A program made the position numbers and the translations under genes. DNA of 39,701 nucleotides from Candidatus Micrarchaeia archaeon (lineage in GTDB: Archaea; Micrarchaeota; Micrarchaeia; Micrarchaeales; CABMGC01): assembly GCA_049964835.1 (NCBI GenBank), contig JBMFWW010000003.1, positions 18,470-58,170 on the forward strand, written 5' to 3'. This document shows, piece by piece, positions 28,787 to 37,652 of the stretch (the first letter of the stretch is position 1; the number at the start of each line of letters is the position of its first letter). The notes under the pieces were generated by a model. That model was not told the DNA's origin and ran no database searches. It saw only the letters and a list, made by a program, of their open reading frames with translations.

Positions 28787-30334
28787 TCAATTATCAACAC
28801 TTATGATATTAGACATAGTATTTATAGAATTAAATGAACCACTAGAACTTATAACAAGTACATGATAAGATGCATTGTTTGACAACTCGCCAATTATAAA
28901 ACCGTTTGCACAGGACATATTTCCATAAAAGGTGAAAGTCTGGCTTGAACCTGGTGTTATTGGATATCCAACATTATTAAAAAACATATTTCTCAGATTA
29001 GATTGAGTGGGTTGTGGAATTGAAAGTGTTCCGTTTTTATTAACTATAAGTGCTATTTGATTTATAAATGCCATATCTATTCCAGTATGTTCTACATTTA
29101 GATCCATATTTGACATATTCCATCTATATAAACCAAATTTATTGTTTATGTTTGGTAATGAAATATTTTTGACAATGCCACTTTTATTTATTGTTAATCC
29201 ATTCCCATTTCCAAATACATTTATATTAAAATCCTTATCTCCCATGTTATTTATAAAAATAATTCTTCTTTTGTTAATTATTACCTTAGTATTTATTTTT
29301 CCAGATACAATTATCTGAGTTAGATTTACAGTTTTATTGCCGATGTTTTTTACAGTTACAACTATTTTGGTTTTATTATTATATGTTGATATGTTCGAAT
29401 AAGTAACCTCAAGATTTTGTCTAAGTTGATATACTCTATTTATTAGGGTAAATTCTGAATTATTAAGTGTAAATTTGGAGCCTAATGCTTTTCCATTATT
29501 TTTGTAATTGCTATAAAAAAGTGCTTTTACAACAGGATACATTACAAATGTAGTTCCATTATCTGTATAGACGCTTGAAACTGTTGGTGAAAAATCTATT
29601 AGAATGCTTGAGTTTGAATCAACCAGTGAATTAGAAGATATGTTTGCGTATATGTAATTAGTTACTGGATATACCGGATAGGTATTGTTATTTATTACTA
29701 TACTAGAGTTTTTAATTTTTAATGCTATGCCTTTTATAATATCATTTGATTTTACATTTGTATTTGCTATAATACTACTTACATTTATGAGAGACATGAG
29801 ATTCAATGTGCCCCCATTTGTACTATTTATCCATTCATATGTACCATTACTCTTTAGAACATTAACTGACAAAGATGAATAATTTAGAAATAATGCAGTT
29901 GTATTTTGAGGAACGTGTGGTGGGTCGATAATTTGTATAGATAGGTAATAAGAAGCATTTGAAGATGTTTTTGCAATGCCAGTAATTCCAGATGTAATGT
30001 TGTTTGAATTTGAGTTGTATAAAAATATAACACTTACAATTCCTATAGCTATTAATGCACCGACAGCATATGGAAATATCTCTTTTATTGAACTTTCTTT
30101 TCTTTCTTGTTTCATTTCTTCTATATTGAATGAAGGCACTACCTTGTAATACTTCCATCTTTTAATAAATTCGTTCTCTACCTGTTCTATAGCACCCATA
30201 TTTACAAGTTCGTCAAAGTGTTGTTTTATGGTAGATGGAGAAAGTCCAAGCTTATTGCTAATATCAGTAATTGTTTGTTGCTTCTTAGAAAGCAACTTGA
30301 GAATTTCCTTCTTAGTCTTACCTATCCTACTCAT
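28787..30334 (-). CDS. Membrane-anchored ArsR-like wHTH protein with a large extracellular (DUF4382-like) domain
   Basis: TKKEILKLL...TITDISNKLGLSPSTIKQHFDELVNMGAI...KWKYY, one TM, then IQIIDPPHVP..TALFLNYS and a sequon-rich region. Confidence 0.8.
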   Translation of the reverse strand: MSRIGKTKKEILKLLSKKQQTITDISNKLGLSPSTIKQHFDELVNMGAIEQVENEFIKRWKYYKVVPSFNIEEMKQERKESSIKEIFPYAVGALIAIGIVSVIFLYNSNSNNITSGITGIAKTSSNASYYLSIQIIDPPHVPQNTTALFLNYSSLSVNVLKSNGTYEWINSTNGGTLNLMSLINVSSIIANTNVKSNDIIKGIALKIKNSSIVINNNTYPVYPVTNYIYANISSNSLVDSNSSILIDFSPTVSSVYTDNGTTFVMYPVVKALFYSNYKNNGKALGSKFTLNNSEFTLINRVYQLRQNLEVTYSNISTYNNKTKIVVTVKNIGNKTVNLTQIIVSGKINTKVIINKRRIIFINNMGDKDFNINVFGNGNGLTINKSGIVKNISLPNINNKFGLYRWNMSNMDLNVEHTGIDMAFINQIALIVNKNGTLSIPQPTQSNLRNMFFNNVGYPITPGSSQTFTFYGNMSCANGFIIGELSNNASYHVLVISSSGSFNSINTMSNIISVDN

Positions 30335-30414
30335 ATTATCTAATAAGTTATAATTATAAAATTATAAATAGATATAGTATTGATTAGGTTTTAATTCGGT
30401 TTTATAAATACAAT

Positions 30415-31125
30415 TTATTTAAAAAGAAAGTTTTCAATCTTGAGCTGCCTTATGTTCTTCAATGTCTGCCACTCATGTCTTAAATATGGCATTAACTTAC
30501 CTGTGCCAAGATTTTCTCTTATTGCGGTTATTGTATAGGCATCTGAAGGATAACCTGAACCGATTTCAATTCCAGTTTTTTCCTTAATCATATCTATTTC
30601 TTTGTCACGGACAACTTTAGATATTATACTTGCAGCCGAAACAACAGGATATCTTGCATCAGCTTTATGTTCTGAAATTATATTAGCCTTATTTTTATTT
30701 GATCTATCTTCTTTTGTGTATTTTATGCCCTTTACTAAAAGTTTGTTTTTTGAGAAAAAGCCAACCCTAACTCCAAATCTTTCGGAGATTACATCTGGGG
30801 AATCTAGAAATATATAATCTGGCAAGGTATCTAAAGAATCTATTAGTTTTGCAAAATTTAGTGCTTCTATTTCATTTAATGAGATTTTATTAGACATGGC
30901 TTTGTTTATTTCATCATTGGATATCTTGTATACCTTTATCTCATCCGCTAATGCGTATATCTCATCAAATAAAAAAAGACGCTTTTTCTTTGAAAGCATC
31001 TTTGAATCTCTAACACCGATACGTGCGAACTTGTTCTCTCTACCTTTAGAAATTTTAACTATACTTACTACTAAAGGGCCTAAAACGGCGCCGCGGCCTG
31101 CTTCATCGCCGCCGGCAATAAGGAT
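30415..31125 (-). CDS. rnhB: Ribonuclease HII (apparent non-canonical ATC start)
   Basis: LIAGGDEAGRGAVLGP, GVRDSK, HKADARYPVVSAASIISKVVRD, GSGYPSD. The catalytic DEAGRG lies upstream of the ORF-track start (30999). Confidence 0.93.
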   Translation of the reverse strand: MLIAGGDEAGRGAVLGPLVVSIVKISKGRENKFARIGVRDSKMLSKKKRLFLFDEIYALADEIKVYKISNDEINKAMSNKISLNEIEALNFAKLIDSLDTLPDYIFLDSPDVISERFGVRVGFFSKNKLLVKGIKYTKEDRSNKNKANIISEHKADARYPVVSAASIISKVVRDKEIDMIKEKTGIEIGSGYPSDAYTITAIRENLGTGKLMPYLRHEWQTLKNIRQLKIENFLFK

Positions 31126-31135
31126 ATGATCACCT

Positions 31136-31378
31136 TTATACTAAGCCTTTTCTTTCGACTACTATAAAATCGTTTACTGCAAGAACGCTTGAGTATGGAA
31201 CACTTAGCTTTCCGCTTTTTACAGACATCTTGCTTACTAGTTCGCTGTCTACATTAGGCTCTATTATTAATAGATTTAGTTTGCCACTGCTTTCATTTAT
31301 TTCTGCATCTACAAACTTACCCAAATCAAAACCATCATTGGTTACTACTTCTTTGCCCACGAGCTGTTCTGCTATCAT
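31136..31378 (-). CDS. PRC-barrel protein (CdpB-like cell division candidate)
   Basis: LVGKEVVTNDGFDLGKFVD..IN..SG.L, VPYSSVLAVNDFIVV; start 31378 or 31390. Confidence 0.85.
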   Translation of the reverse strand: MIAEQLVGKEVVTNDGFDLGKFVDAEINESSGKLNLLIIEPNVDSELVSKMSVKSGKLSVPYSSVLAVNDFIVVERKGLV

Positions 31379-31503
31379 ATATTTTACCATACAATACACC
31401 TTTTTGAAACATCTAAAAGTATATAATTGCTTATATTTATATACTTATCTAAAAATTAGTTGTTATTTAATTACTTGTATTCAAAATATAAATGTTGCGT
31501 TTT

Positions 31504-31797
31504 ATGGAAAATGGAGAATTAATTATACTAAAAGAAAAACAAATAAAGATACTTTTATTGCTTTTAAAGCAAGAAAAAAATAATTATATATCGGATATTG
31601 CGAAGATTACGGGGGTTAGTTATGTGCATACAAGTAGATTTCTTTCAGCATGTGAAGATAAAAAATTGATTTCTTATGAAAAACATGGAAAGATAAAAAG
31701 TATCTTCCTTACTGATAAAGGTAAAGAAGTAGCAAGTTATATAGAAAAAATATTGGAGATTACAAGAGTAGATAAAAAACAGGAAGAAAAGAAATAA
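31504..31797 (+). CDS. Small winged-helix (MarR-like) DNA-binding protein
   Basis: YISDIAKITGVSYVHTSRFL...KHGKIKSIFLTDKGKEVA. Confidence 0.8.
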   Translation: MENGELIILKEKQIKILLLLLKQEKNNYISDIAKITGVSYVHTSRFLSACEDKKLISYEKHGKIKSIFLTDKGKEVASYIEKILEITRVDKKQEEKK

Positions 31798-31799
31798 TT

Positions 31800-32213
31800 T
31801 TATAGTACTTCAAGTATTACTCTTTTTCTCATTTCATTTATTATATGTGCATAGTCTCTGTAGTGTACAAAAGCAGTTAATGTTATTGTATAACTGCCTT
31901 TATCAGTACCTACACCTCCATATATCTCTACATAATTATATTTTTCTTCGTTTGGAGCCATGTTTCCAATCTTTATCTCTTTTTGCTTTGACATCCCCAT
32001 ACTATCAAAACTTAATTGCTTAGGCAGTTCTATAACTACAGAGCTCAGAACTGCTTCATTCATTAGATTCTTCACTTTTATATTAAGAGTGCAGTTGTTT
32101 TTTTCTCTAGACTTTAGCCTGTATGGAACAAACTCAGTTGTCAACATAAAAGGAAGCTTCTTGCTTATATCGCTTGAAACATCTTTCTTACCAAATAAAT
32201 CAAATAAACTCAT
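31800..32213 (-). CDS. Hypothetical protein, probable Ig-like beta-sandwich
   Basis: PYRL, LNIKVKN, IGNMAPNEEK, GSYTITLT; GTGA RBS. Confidence 0.7.
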   Translation of the reverse strand: MSLFDLFGKKDVSSDISKKLPFMLTTEFVPYRLKSREKNNCTLNIKVKNLMNEAVLSSVVIELPKQLSFDSMGMSKQKEIKIGNMAPNEEKYNYVEIYGGVGTDKGSYTITLTAFVHYRDYAHIINEMRKRVILEVL

Positions 32214-32221
32214 ATAATCAC

Positions 32222-33592
32222 TTACGAAGCAGTAATATTTTTAACGTATATACTTGCATTATTACCCAATAAAAATACTTCGTATGTATTGTTTTCAATA
32301 GGTATAAATATATTATTGCTTGCAAAGGTTATACCTCCGTAATAACTAATAGTTTTGTATGAATTAGAAGGTATGTAAAGTCCCGAGGATAAGTTTTGAA
32401 TATCGCTTGAGTTAGAAAGCAACAACGTTCCGTTTCTTTCAATAATAAAAGAGGTATAATTTAATTCTTCATACTTTACATCCAATGATCCGAGATATTC
32501 TGACTCAACAGAAGAGATTATTTGGCTAACATTCTTGATATTGTTTGATATATTTATATTTGAAATTTTTGTTATTTTGCCGCTTATTTTATTTTCTATA
32601 TTAGAATAATTAATTTTTTCTATGTAACTTAACAATGACGAAGAGAGATTGGTGCTGCTAATATAACCTCCGAAACCAGATAAAACATTTCCTATCTTAC
32701 TATTATAAAATTCTTGTTTTATGGGTTTTAGATAATTTGAGAATGATGAAAGTACATTTTCCTCTGTTATATTTATTGTTCCGCCTAACGTATTGTTAAT
32801 AAATGTATAATTTAATAGATTTTTAATTTTTTCTAATTGAGAAATGTTTATACTTGAATTTATATTATTTATCGGTTGTAGTTTACCAACTAAAAGAACA
32901 GATTTTATTAATACAGGTTTATTTGCATTGTTGGAAATATTTAAGTAAAGTGAGGTATTTTTACCATTATTAGAAAGCCTTGCCTTTTTAATAATTATTG
33001 AATTTGATGAGCTATTTTTGTTTATAGAATTATTCAAACTTTGATTTATATTTTGATTTGAAGATAATTTTCCAGAGCTATAAGTAAAAAATCTTAAAAC
33101 ATTGCTTGAAAATACTGGTGCTATAAATCCCGATAAATATAATATAACATTGGTATTTTTTAACTGACTAGAACTTCCAGACACATAAGCAGAGATTGTC
33201 TTGTTGAGCAAGGTAGTGTTATAAAAGGTATTATTTAGCTCAAGATCTATATTAGAGATATTAATTGATATAGAGTTTATAGAAGCATTTATTGGAATGT
33301 AAATTTGACCTAGAAAAACTGGAGAACTTTGATTTGGAAAGAAGTAAATGTTTCCTGAATTGGAGATATTAGCTGAGGTTTCATTGCTGTTGCTTAAATA
33401 GGCCTTTATATGAGTATAATTTATTAGTATGGCATTAGACCCTGATGGAAATAAAAACTTACTATAGCTGTATATTGAAACTGTTTTGTAAGATGAATAA
33501 AAGCTAGTACTCTTATTTGGAAGTATTAGAAACACAACAACTAATACTGCAATTATAATTACAAGAAATAGTGTTGCGAGTATTTTATTCAT
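32222..33592 (-). CDS. Membrane-anchored surface protein, paralog of the extracellular part of 28787-30334
   Basis: N-terminal TM; FPSGSNAILINY, LNISNNANKPVLIKSVLLVG, FIIERNGTL, ISYYGGI align by eye with the HTH protein. Start moved to ATG 33592 to avoid the tRNA. Confidence 0.75.
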   Translation of the reverse strand: MNKILATLFLVIIIAVLVVVFLILPNKSTSFYSSYKTVSIYSYSKFLFPSGSNAILINYTHIKAYLSNSNETSANISNSGNIYFFPNQSSPVFLGQIYIPINASINSISINISNIDLELNNTFYNTTLLNKTISAYVSGSSSQLKNTNVILYLSGFIAPVFSSNVLRFFTYSSGKLSSNQNINQSLNNSINKNSSSNSIIIKKARLSNNGKNTSLYLNISNNANKPVLIKSVLLVGKLQPINNINSSINISQLEKIKNLLNYTFINNTLGGTINITEENVLSSFSNYLKPIKQEFYNSKIGNVLSGFGGYISSTNLSSSLLSYIEKINYSNIENKISGKITKISNINISNNIKNVSQIISSVESEYLGSLDVKYEELNYTSFIIERNGTLLLSNSSDIQNLSSGLYIPSNSYKTISYYGGITFASNNIFIPIENNTYEVFLLGNNASIYVKNITAS

Positions 33593-33660
33593 TTCATCAA
33601 TATATACATTAAAATGAATAATATAAAGTTTTTTGCATTTGGCTATTTTAAAAAATATAT

Positions 33661-33765
33661 TGCAGGGGGTGAGATTTGAACTCACGAAGGCGCTAAGCCA
33701 CAGGATCTTAAGTCCTGCGCGTTTTTCCGTGGCTTCTGAGCCAGACCAGACTCTGCCACCCCTGC
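33661..33765 (-). tRNA. tRNA-Leu(TAA) with a ~21-nt D-loop intron (~33724-33744)
   Basis: Acceptor GCAGGGG/CCCCTGC-A, anticodon arm CAGGA-CTTAAGA-TCCTG, long variable arm, T arm GTGAG-TTCAAAT-CTCAC. Insert has hairpin TGGCT-CAGA-AGCCA and BHB-like helix TCTG/CGGA. Confidence 0.92.
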
Positions 33766-33784
33766 ATAAATATAATTTTACATT

Positions 33785-34525
33785 TTATGCATACATCGAA
33801 GGTCCTTGATCTGATATATTATCACTTGAATTGTATGTTTCATGTGAATCCTTTACCTTCTTTAACATTTCGCGTATCTTAGCTTCTACTTGTTTTGCTT
33901 CATTATCAAGTTCATTAAGATCTATATTTATATCAAGTACCTTATTTAAACCTTTTATTGCTTTTTCTGCATTTATTGGATCCGTTAAATTAGGATCTAC
34001 CTCTACAAGTATATTTAAGGTTTCAATACCAAATTGCTCTGACTTTACAAGCAAGCCCGCACTTACACCTGCAACAACGCCTTCAGAGATTTGTTTTAAA
34101 CCATTTTTAAGTGCTTTCTTAATCACATCTTTATTGATAGAGGTTAGGTATATCGTTTCGGATGGTTTTTGAGCAGGCATACCTCCAACAGAGATTATTT
34201 GTTTTATTGAGTACTTTCTTGCAAATGTTAATAATTCGTCAGATAATTGATGTACCAATGTTGTAGGTATTGTAAACTCCGATATAAATAAAAGAAGTTT
34301 ATACTTATCTGATTTGTATATTCTAGCTGGAAACATAGGAGTATTTTTATGTATGGCTACAATAGGAGGAAACTGCTCGCTTTCTATTCTGCCTATATAC
34401 TCCATTTCTAATTTTTCTATCATATAACTTCCAGCCATAGGTCCTACAAGACCTATTCCAGGAAATGCTTCTATTATAGTGTAACCGGAGATACTCTGTT
34501 GCTTGTTAAGAATTATTTCTATCAT
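33785..34525 (-). CDS. PAC2-family proteasome assembly chaperone (Pba)
   Basis: FPGIGLVG, FPP, PARIY, SVGG, DP..A, C-terminal HbYX-type MYA. Confidence 0.9.
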   Translation of the reverse strand: MIEIILNKQQSISGYTIIEAFPGIGLVGPMAGSYMIEKLEMEYIGRIESEQFPPIVAIHKNTPMFPARIYKSDKYKLLLFISEFTIPTTLVHQLSDELLTFARKYSIKQIISVGGMPAQKPSETIYLTSINKDVIKKALKNGLKQISEGVVAGVSAGLLVKSEQFGIETLNILVEVDPNLTDPINAEKAIKGLNKVLDINIDLNELDNEAKQVEAKIREMLKKVKDSHETYNSSDNISDQGPSMYA

Positions 34526-34649
34526 ACAATCAATATATTATTACAAATCAACATTTAAAAAATAGATAGTAAGCATATTGTATTTTAATGACGTGATTAC
34601 GACGATATATATAAAAGCATATGTGTTTCATAGAATAGTGGTGAACATA

Positions 34650-34913
34650 ATGAATGAAAAGATGACGAAGGAAAAAATAGAAAGAGAAGATGGATACCTA
34701 TATTTTGTAGGTAAGGATGGGTATGCATGGAGAACACCTATGAAAAATAACCCAAGAGGAAGAAAAGCAAAGGTAGGATCAGAAAAAGTAACTAGAGTTG
34801 ATGGTTATTTGTACTTCGTCGATAAGAACGGATATATAGCAAGAACAAAAATGAATAGAAAGGGAAGAATTAGCACAAGAAAAGCAAAAATGAGCAAAAA
34901 GGGAAGAAGATAA
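34650..34913 (+). CDS. Small basic Cc1-like chromatin/nucleic-acid-binding protein
   Basis: Internal duplication EKIEREDGYLYFVGKDGY / EKVTRVDGYLYFVDKNGY, Lys/Arg tail, GGTGA RBS before ATG 34650, T-rich terminator after. Confidence 0.75.
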   Translation: MNEKMTKEKIEREDGYLYFVGKDGYAWRTPMKNNPRGRKAKVGSEKVTRVDGYLYFVDKNGYIARTKMNRKGRISTRKAKMSKKGRR

Positions 34914-34914
34914 T

Positions 34915-34985
34915 CTAACTTTTATTTTATTTTGTTTTTGTAATTTTAACTTATTTTTCTTTTTATTTTTATTATTTTATTTACG
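34915..34985 (+). terminator. Oligo-T terminator region
   Basis: Repeated T4-T6 tracts directly after the Cc1-like stop codon. Confidence 0.55.
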
Positions 34986-35028
34986 CTCTTATTCTTCAAA
35001 TACTTATTTTTGAAAATATTTTTATTGA

Positions 35029-36372
35029 TTAGAAAGTCTCTGCTCTAGGCCACTCTATTCTTTCAGTTACTTCGGATAGATGTAGACTGCCTATGTTGCT
35101 CATTTTACCTGCCGCAAGAACAACCATAGTTAGTACATAAACCATAAATAAATACAAAAAGTAGTATACGTTAGTAGATAGATAAGTGTAACTGACTAAA
35201 AATGTTATTGCAGCTAAAAATAAAGTTGCTATTATTGTTGCTTTTTCACTTTTCATAAATAAGAATAAAGAACCTATTACAGTAAAGACAAGAATTAAAA
35301 GATTTCTGATCTCAAATAAATAATTGATATTTATAGATTTTATAAAATTTAGTATGCCTAAATTTTTTATTGAGAGAAGCATATTTGAGAAGGAATAATG
35401 TATCTGTGGATACGAGTAATAAAGAAGTATTCCTATAGATAATAAAAATATAATTCCTGCAATATAATTATAGATATATATCTTTTTAACAAGTACGGAT
35501 TGAACTTTGGATACCTCATCTATATCTTCGAGACAGTAGTTTTTGCCGCCACTCTTTGCAATATCTGCGTAGCAGAAAGGCCTATGGCAATAACTGCACA
35601 TTGCATACGCGCTTCTCCAAGGATGATTTATACATGCAAGTCCATCTACACTTTCCTCCTTTTGATTTGAAGCTTTATTTTTTTCCGGTCTTTTTTTATT
35701 TGAAGTTTTACCCGTAGAATCAGGAGATAAAAGTAAGTCTTCTGAAAATAAATCTTTATCTGTACTAGAGTTATTATTTTCAAATGTCAGAGCGTTTCCT
35801 TCTTTGCTTATTTCCATATTTATTTTTCTTTCTATAGCTTGATTCCTTTCAAACAATTTTTTACTAAGAGCATCGTTATCTGTTTTTGTTTTTGCTGTAT
35901 CAGTTTTTGATGTGATAATTGTCGGATTAGTCATAGGTTTGGATCCTGATTTTAGTGAAATTGGTTGATTTGGATGATTTGACTTAATGTTGTCTTTTTT
36001 AGTTGCCTCCGGTTGTATTTTAGAGGTATCCGATTTTGTAGGGATAACAGAAGTTGGTGTCGTAGCTACTGTTTTTTCACTTTTCTTTTCTTGCGCAATT
36101 GGAGGTTTATTACTAATACTAGACGTATTTGCAATATTAGAAGGATTTGAAGTACTAGAAATATTTGTAGTATTAGAAAGATTTTTTGCAGGTAGATTAA
36201 TATCTTGGGTATTAATTTTTGGTTGTGGCTTTTGCTGGACAACACTGCTTTCTAGTGGTTGCTTTTTTCCATTAACTACATTATTAGAGGAGTCATTAGT
36301 TTTTGATGAAGATGCTGATCCTGAAATTCCTCTTTTTTTGAATATTAGAAGATCATCAGGATTTATTTCCAA
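35029..36372 (-). CDS. Membrane protein with a long disordered N-terminus and B-box-like zinc finger
   Basis: S/T/K/N/P-rich low-complexity ~240 aa; CINHPW...CSYCHRPFC..D...YC; about four C-terminal TM helices. Confidence 0.75.
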   Translation of the reverse strand: MEINPDDLLIFKKRGISGSASSSKTNDSSNNVVNGKKQPLESSVVQQKPQPKINTQDINLPAKNLSNTTNISSTSNPSNIANTSSISNKPPIAQEKKSEKTVATTPTSVIPTKSDTSKIQPEATKKDNIKSNHPNQPISLKSGSKPMTNPTIITSKTDTAKTKTDNDALSKKLFERNQAIERKINMEISKEGNALTFENNNSSTDKDLFSEDLLLSPDSTGKTSNKKRPEKNKASNQKEESVDGLACINHPWRSAYAMCSYCHRPFCYADIAKSGGKNYCLEDIDEVSKVQSVLVKKIYIYNYIAGIIFLLSIGILLYYSYPQIHYSFSNMLLSIKNLGILNFIKSININYLFEIRNLLILVFTVIGSLFLFMKSEKATIIATLFLAAITFLVSYTYLSTNVYYFLYLFMVYVLTMVVLAAGKMSNIGSLHLSEVTERIEWPRAETF

Positions 36373-36382
36373 AACAACTCAC

Positions 36383-36616
36383 CTATATATTTCTTTTTGC
36401 TTCTCTTTGAGCCGCTGCTTTTTTCTTCTCGAATATTCCTCTATGCTTTGCACAACTTATGCAATAATATAATTTTCTAGTTGACATGAACTTTGCAGTC
36501 ATCTGTGTAGAAGGATCTCCTACGTAGCGTATGACTTTTTCAAAAATTACGCCTTTGTTTCTTGGCATCTTCCTACCGCAGCTGTCGCATGTTACAAGTG
36601 GTTCTTTTCCTCTCAA
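36383..36616 (-). CDS. rps26e: 30S ribosomal protein eS26 (short form)
   Basis: VTCDSCGRKMPRNK...YYCISCAKHRGI zinc motif; TTG 36616 after GGTG (alternative TTG 36631). Confidence 0.82.
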   Translation of the reverse strand: MRGKEPLVTCDSCGRKMPRNKGVIFEKVIRYVGDPSTQMTAKFMSTRKLYYCISCAKHRGIFEKKKAAAQREAKRNI

Positions 36617-36770
36617 ATAAACACCGTTCAATATTTAATATATTAATTAGATAGTATACTATTAATAATATGTATGTAAAATTGTTTATATATAGGTTTG
36701 TGCAAGCTTGCAAAAAATTTGTAGATTTTGGGGCTTTCCGAATCTCATGAAATATTTATTAAGTGATAAA

Positions 36771-37340
36771 ATGAAGGTCTTTGTAATAGGAGATGAAAAA
36801 ACTCTTGAAGATGCTCTAGATTTCTTTTCTGATCTTGGAATGACGGTTGTAGGTAAAGTCATAAACCCAAATGATGTAAGTGGCATAACAACCGCAATAA
36901 ATGATAGTTTTACAAAAGGCTACGGAATTGTAGTTGCTTATGTAAAAGATACAATAGGTGCAAGTATCTTTTTGAATAGAGATAAAAGAATAAAGGCTGC
37001 TGTTTGCAATACCGAGTTAGATGTAGCACTTGCAGAAAAAAACAATGTAAATGTATTTCTGATAAATAATGATGTAGATGTTTCAATAGGAATATTTAAG
37101 GCTATGAAAAAAAATAAAAATAATGCAAAAGATCAGTTAGAAGAACGTAAGAGCGAAAAACATATTGCAAGTAAAAGCGCGGTTGAAAGTACGGAATATT
37201 TTGTTAAATTGAATAAATCAGGCGAACAAAAAAAGGCCATAGGAGATGAGCCTCTTCAAGAAGAAAGAGAACCAAAGGAATCTAAAGGTAAAGGATTCTT
37301 TAAAAATATTAAAGACTCATTAGGAATAGTTGATGAGTAA
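36771..37340 (+). CDS. Degenerate RpiB/LacAB-fold protein with a charged C-terminal tail
   Basis: TIGASIFLNRDKRIKAAVC...AEKNNVNV resembles RpiB GIGMSIAANK..GIRAALC...HNDANV; the catalytic CGTG is missing. Confidence 0.6.
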   Translation: MKVFVIGDEKTLEDALDFFSDLGMTVVGKVINPNDVSGITTAINDSFTKGYGIVVAYVKDTIGASIFLNRDKRIKAAVCNTELDVALAEKNNVNVFLINNDVDVSIGIFKAMKKNKNNAKDQLEERKSEKHIASKSAVESTEYFVKLNKSGEQKKAIGDEPLQEEREPKESKGKGFFKNIKDSLGIVDE

Positions 37341-37648
37341 TGGAACAAAGTTGTAATAACATAACAAGGATTATATTGCCGGCAGTAAGAGCTTCTATAT
37401 CGCAAAGTATGAAGAAAGAGTATGGCTGGACTCAAGAAAGAATAGCAAAAGAATTAGGAATAGTGCAAGTTGCAGTTAGTAAGTATCTTAATAAAAGATA
37501 CTCAAAGGAGGTTGGACTTCTTGTCAGTAAGATAAATGAAGATGTAGAAAGTAAAAAAATTGCGGCTATGATGAATGATGGAATAGGTAAAAATGAAATA
37601 ACAAAGCAAATAGACAAATTTTGTGCAGATATATTTAAAAATAGTTGA
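37340..37648 (+). CDS. XRE-like HTH transcriptional regulator
   Basis: ILPAVRA, GWTQERIAKELGIVQVAVSKYL, terminal FC. Confidence 0.82.
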   Translation: MEQSCNNITRIILPAVRASISQSMKKEYGWTQERIAKELGIVQVAVSKYLNKRYSKEVGLLVSKINEDVESKKIAAMMNDGIGKNEITKQIDKFCADIFKNS

Positions 37649-37652
37649 TTTT

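Noticed and set aside
30378-30393. 13/16 match (10 contiguous) between the putative omegaRNA guide (28650-28665) and the promoter region of the membrane HTH gene
   Set aside because: Short and AT-rich, with a mismatch at the first guide base and no known TAM. Plausibly chance; revisit only if the RNA is shown to be expressed.
27574-33660. Possible integrated element between tRNA-Thr and tRNA-Leu
   Set aside because: No integrase and no duplicated tRNA end seen; the interval includes core genes (rnhB, PRC-barrel).
33593-33685. N-terminal extension of the 487-aa ORF overlapping tRNA-Leu
   Set aside because: ATG 33592 directly precedes the signal/TM segment; the extension is an ORF-calling artefact.
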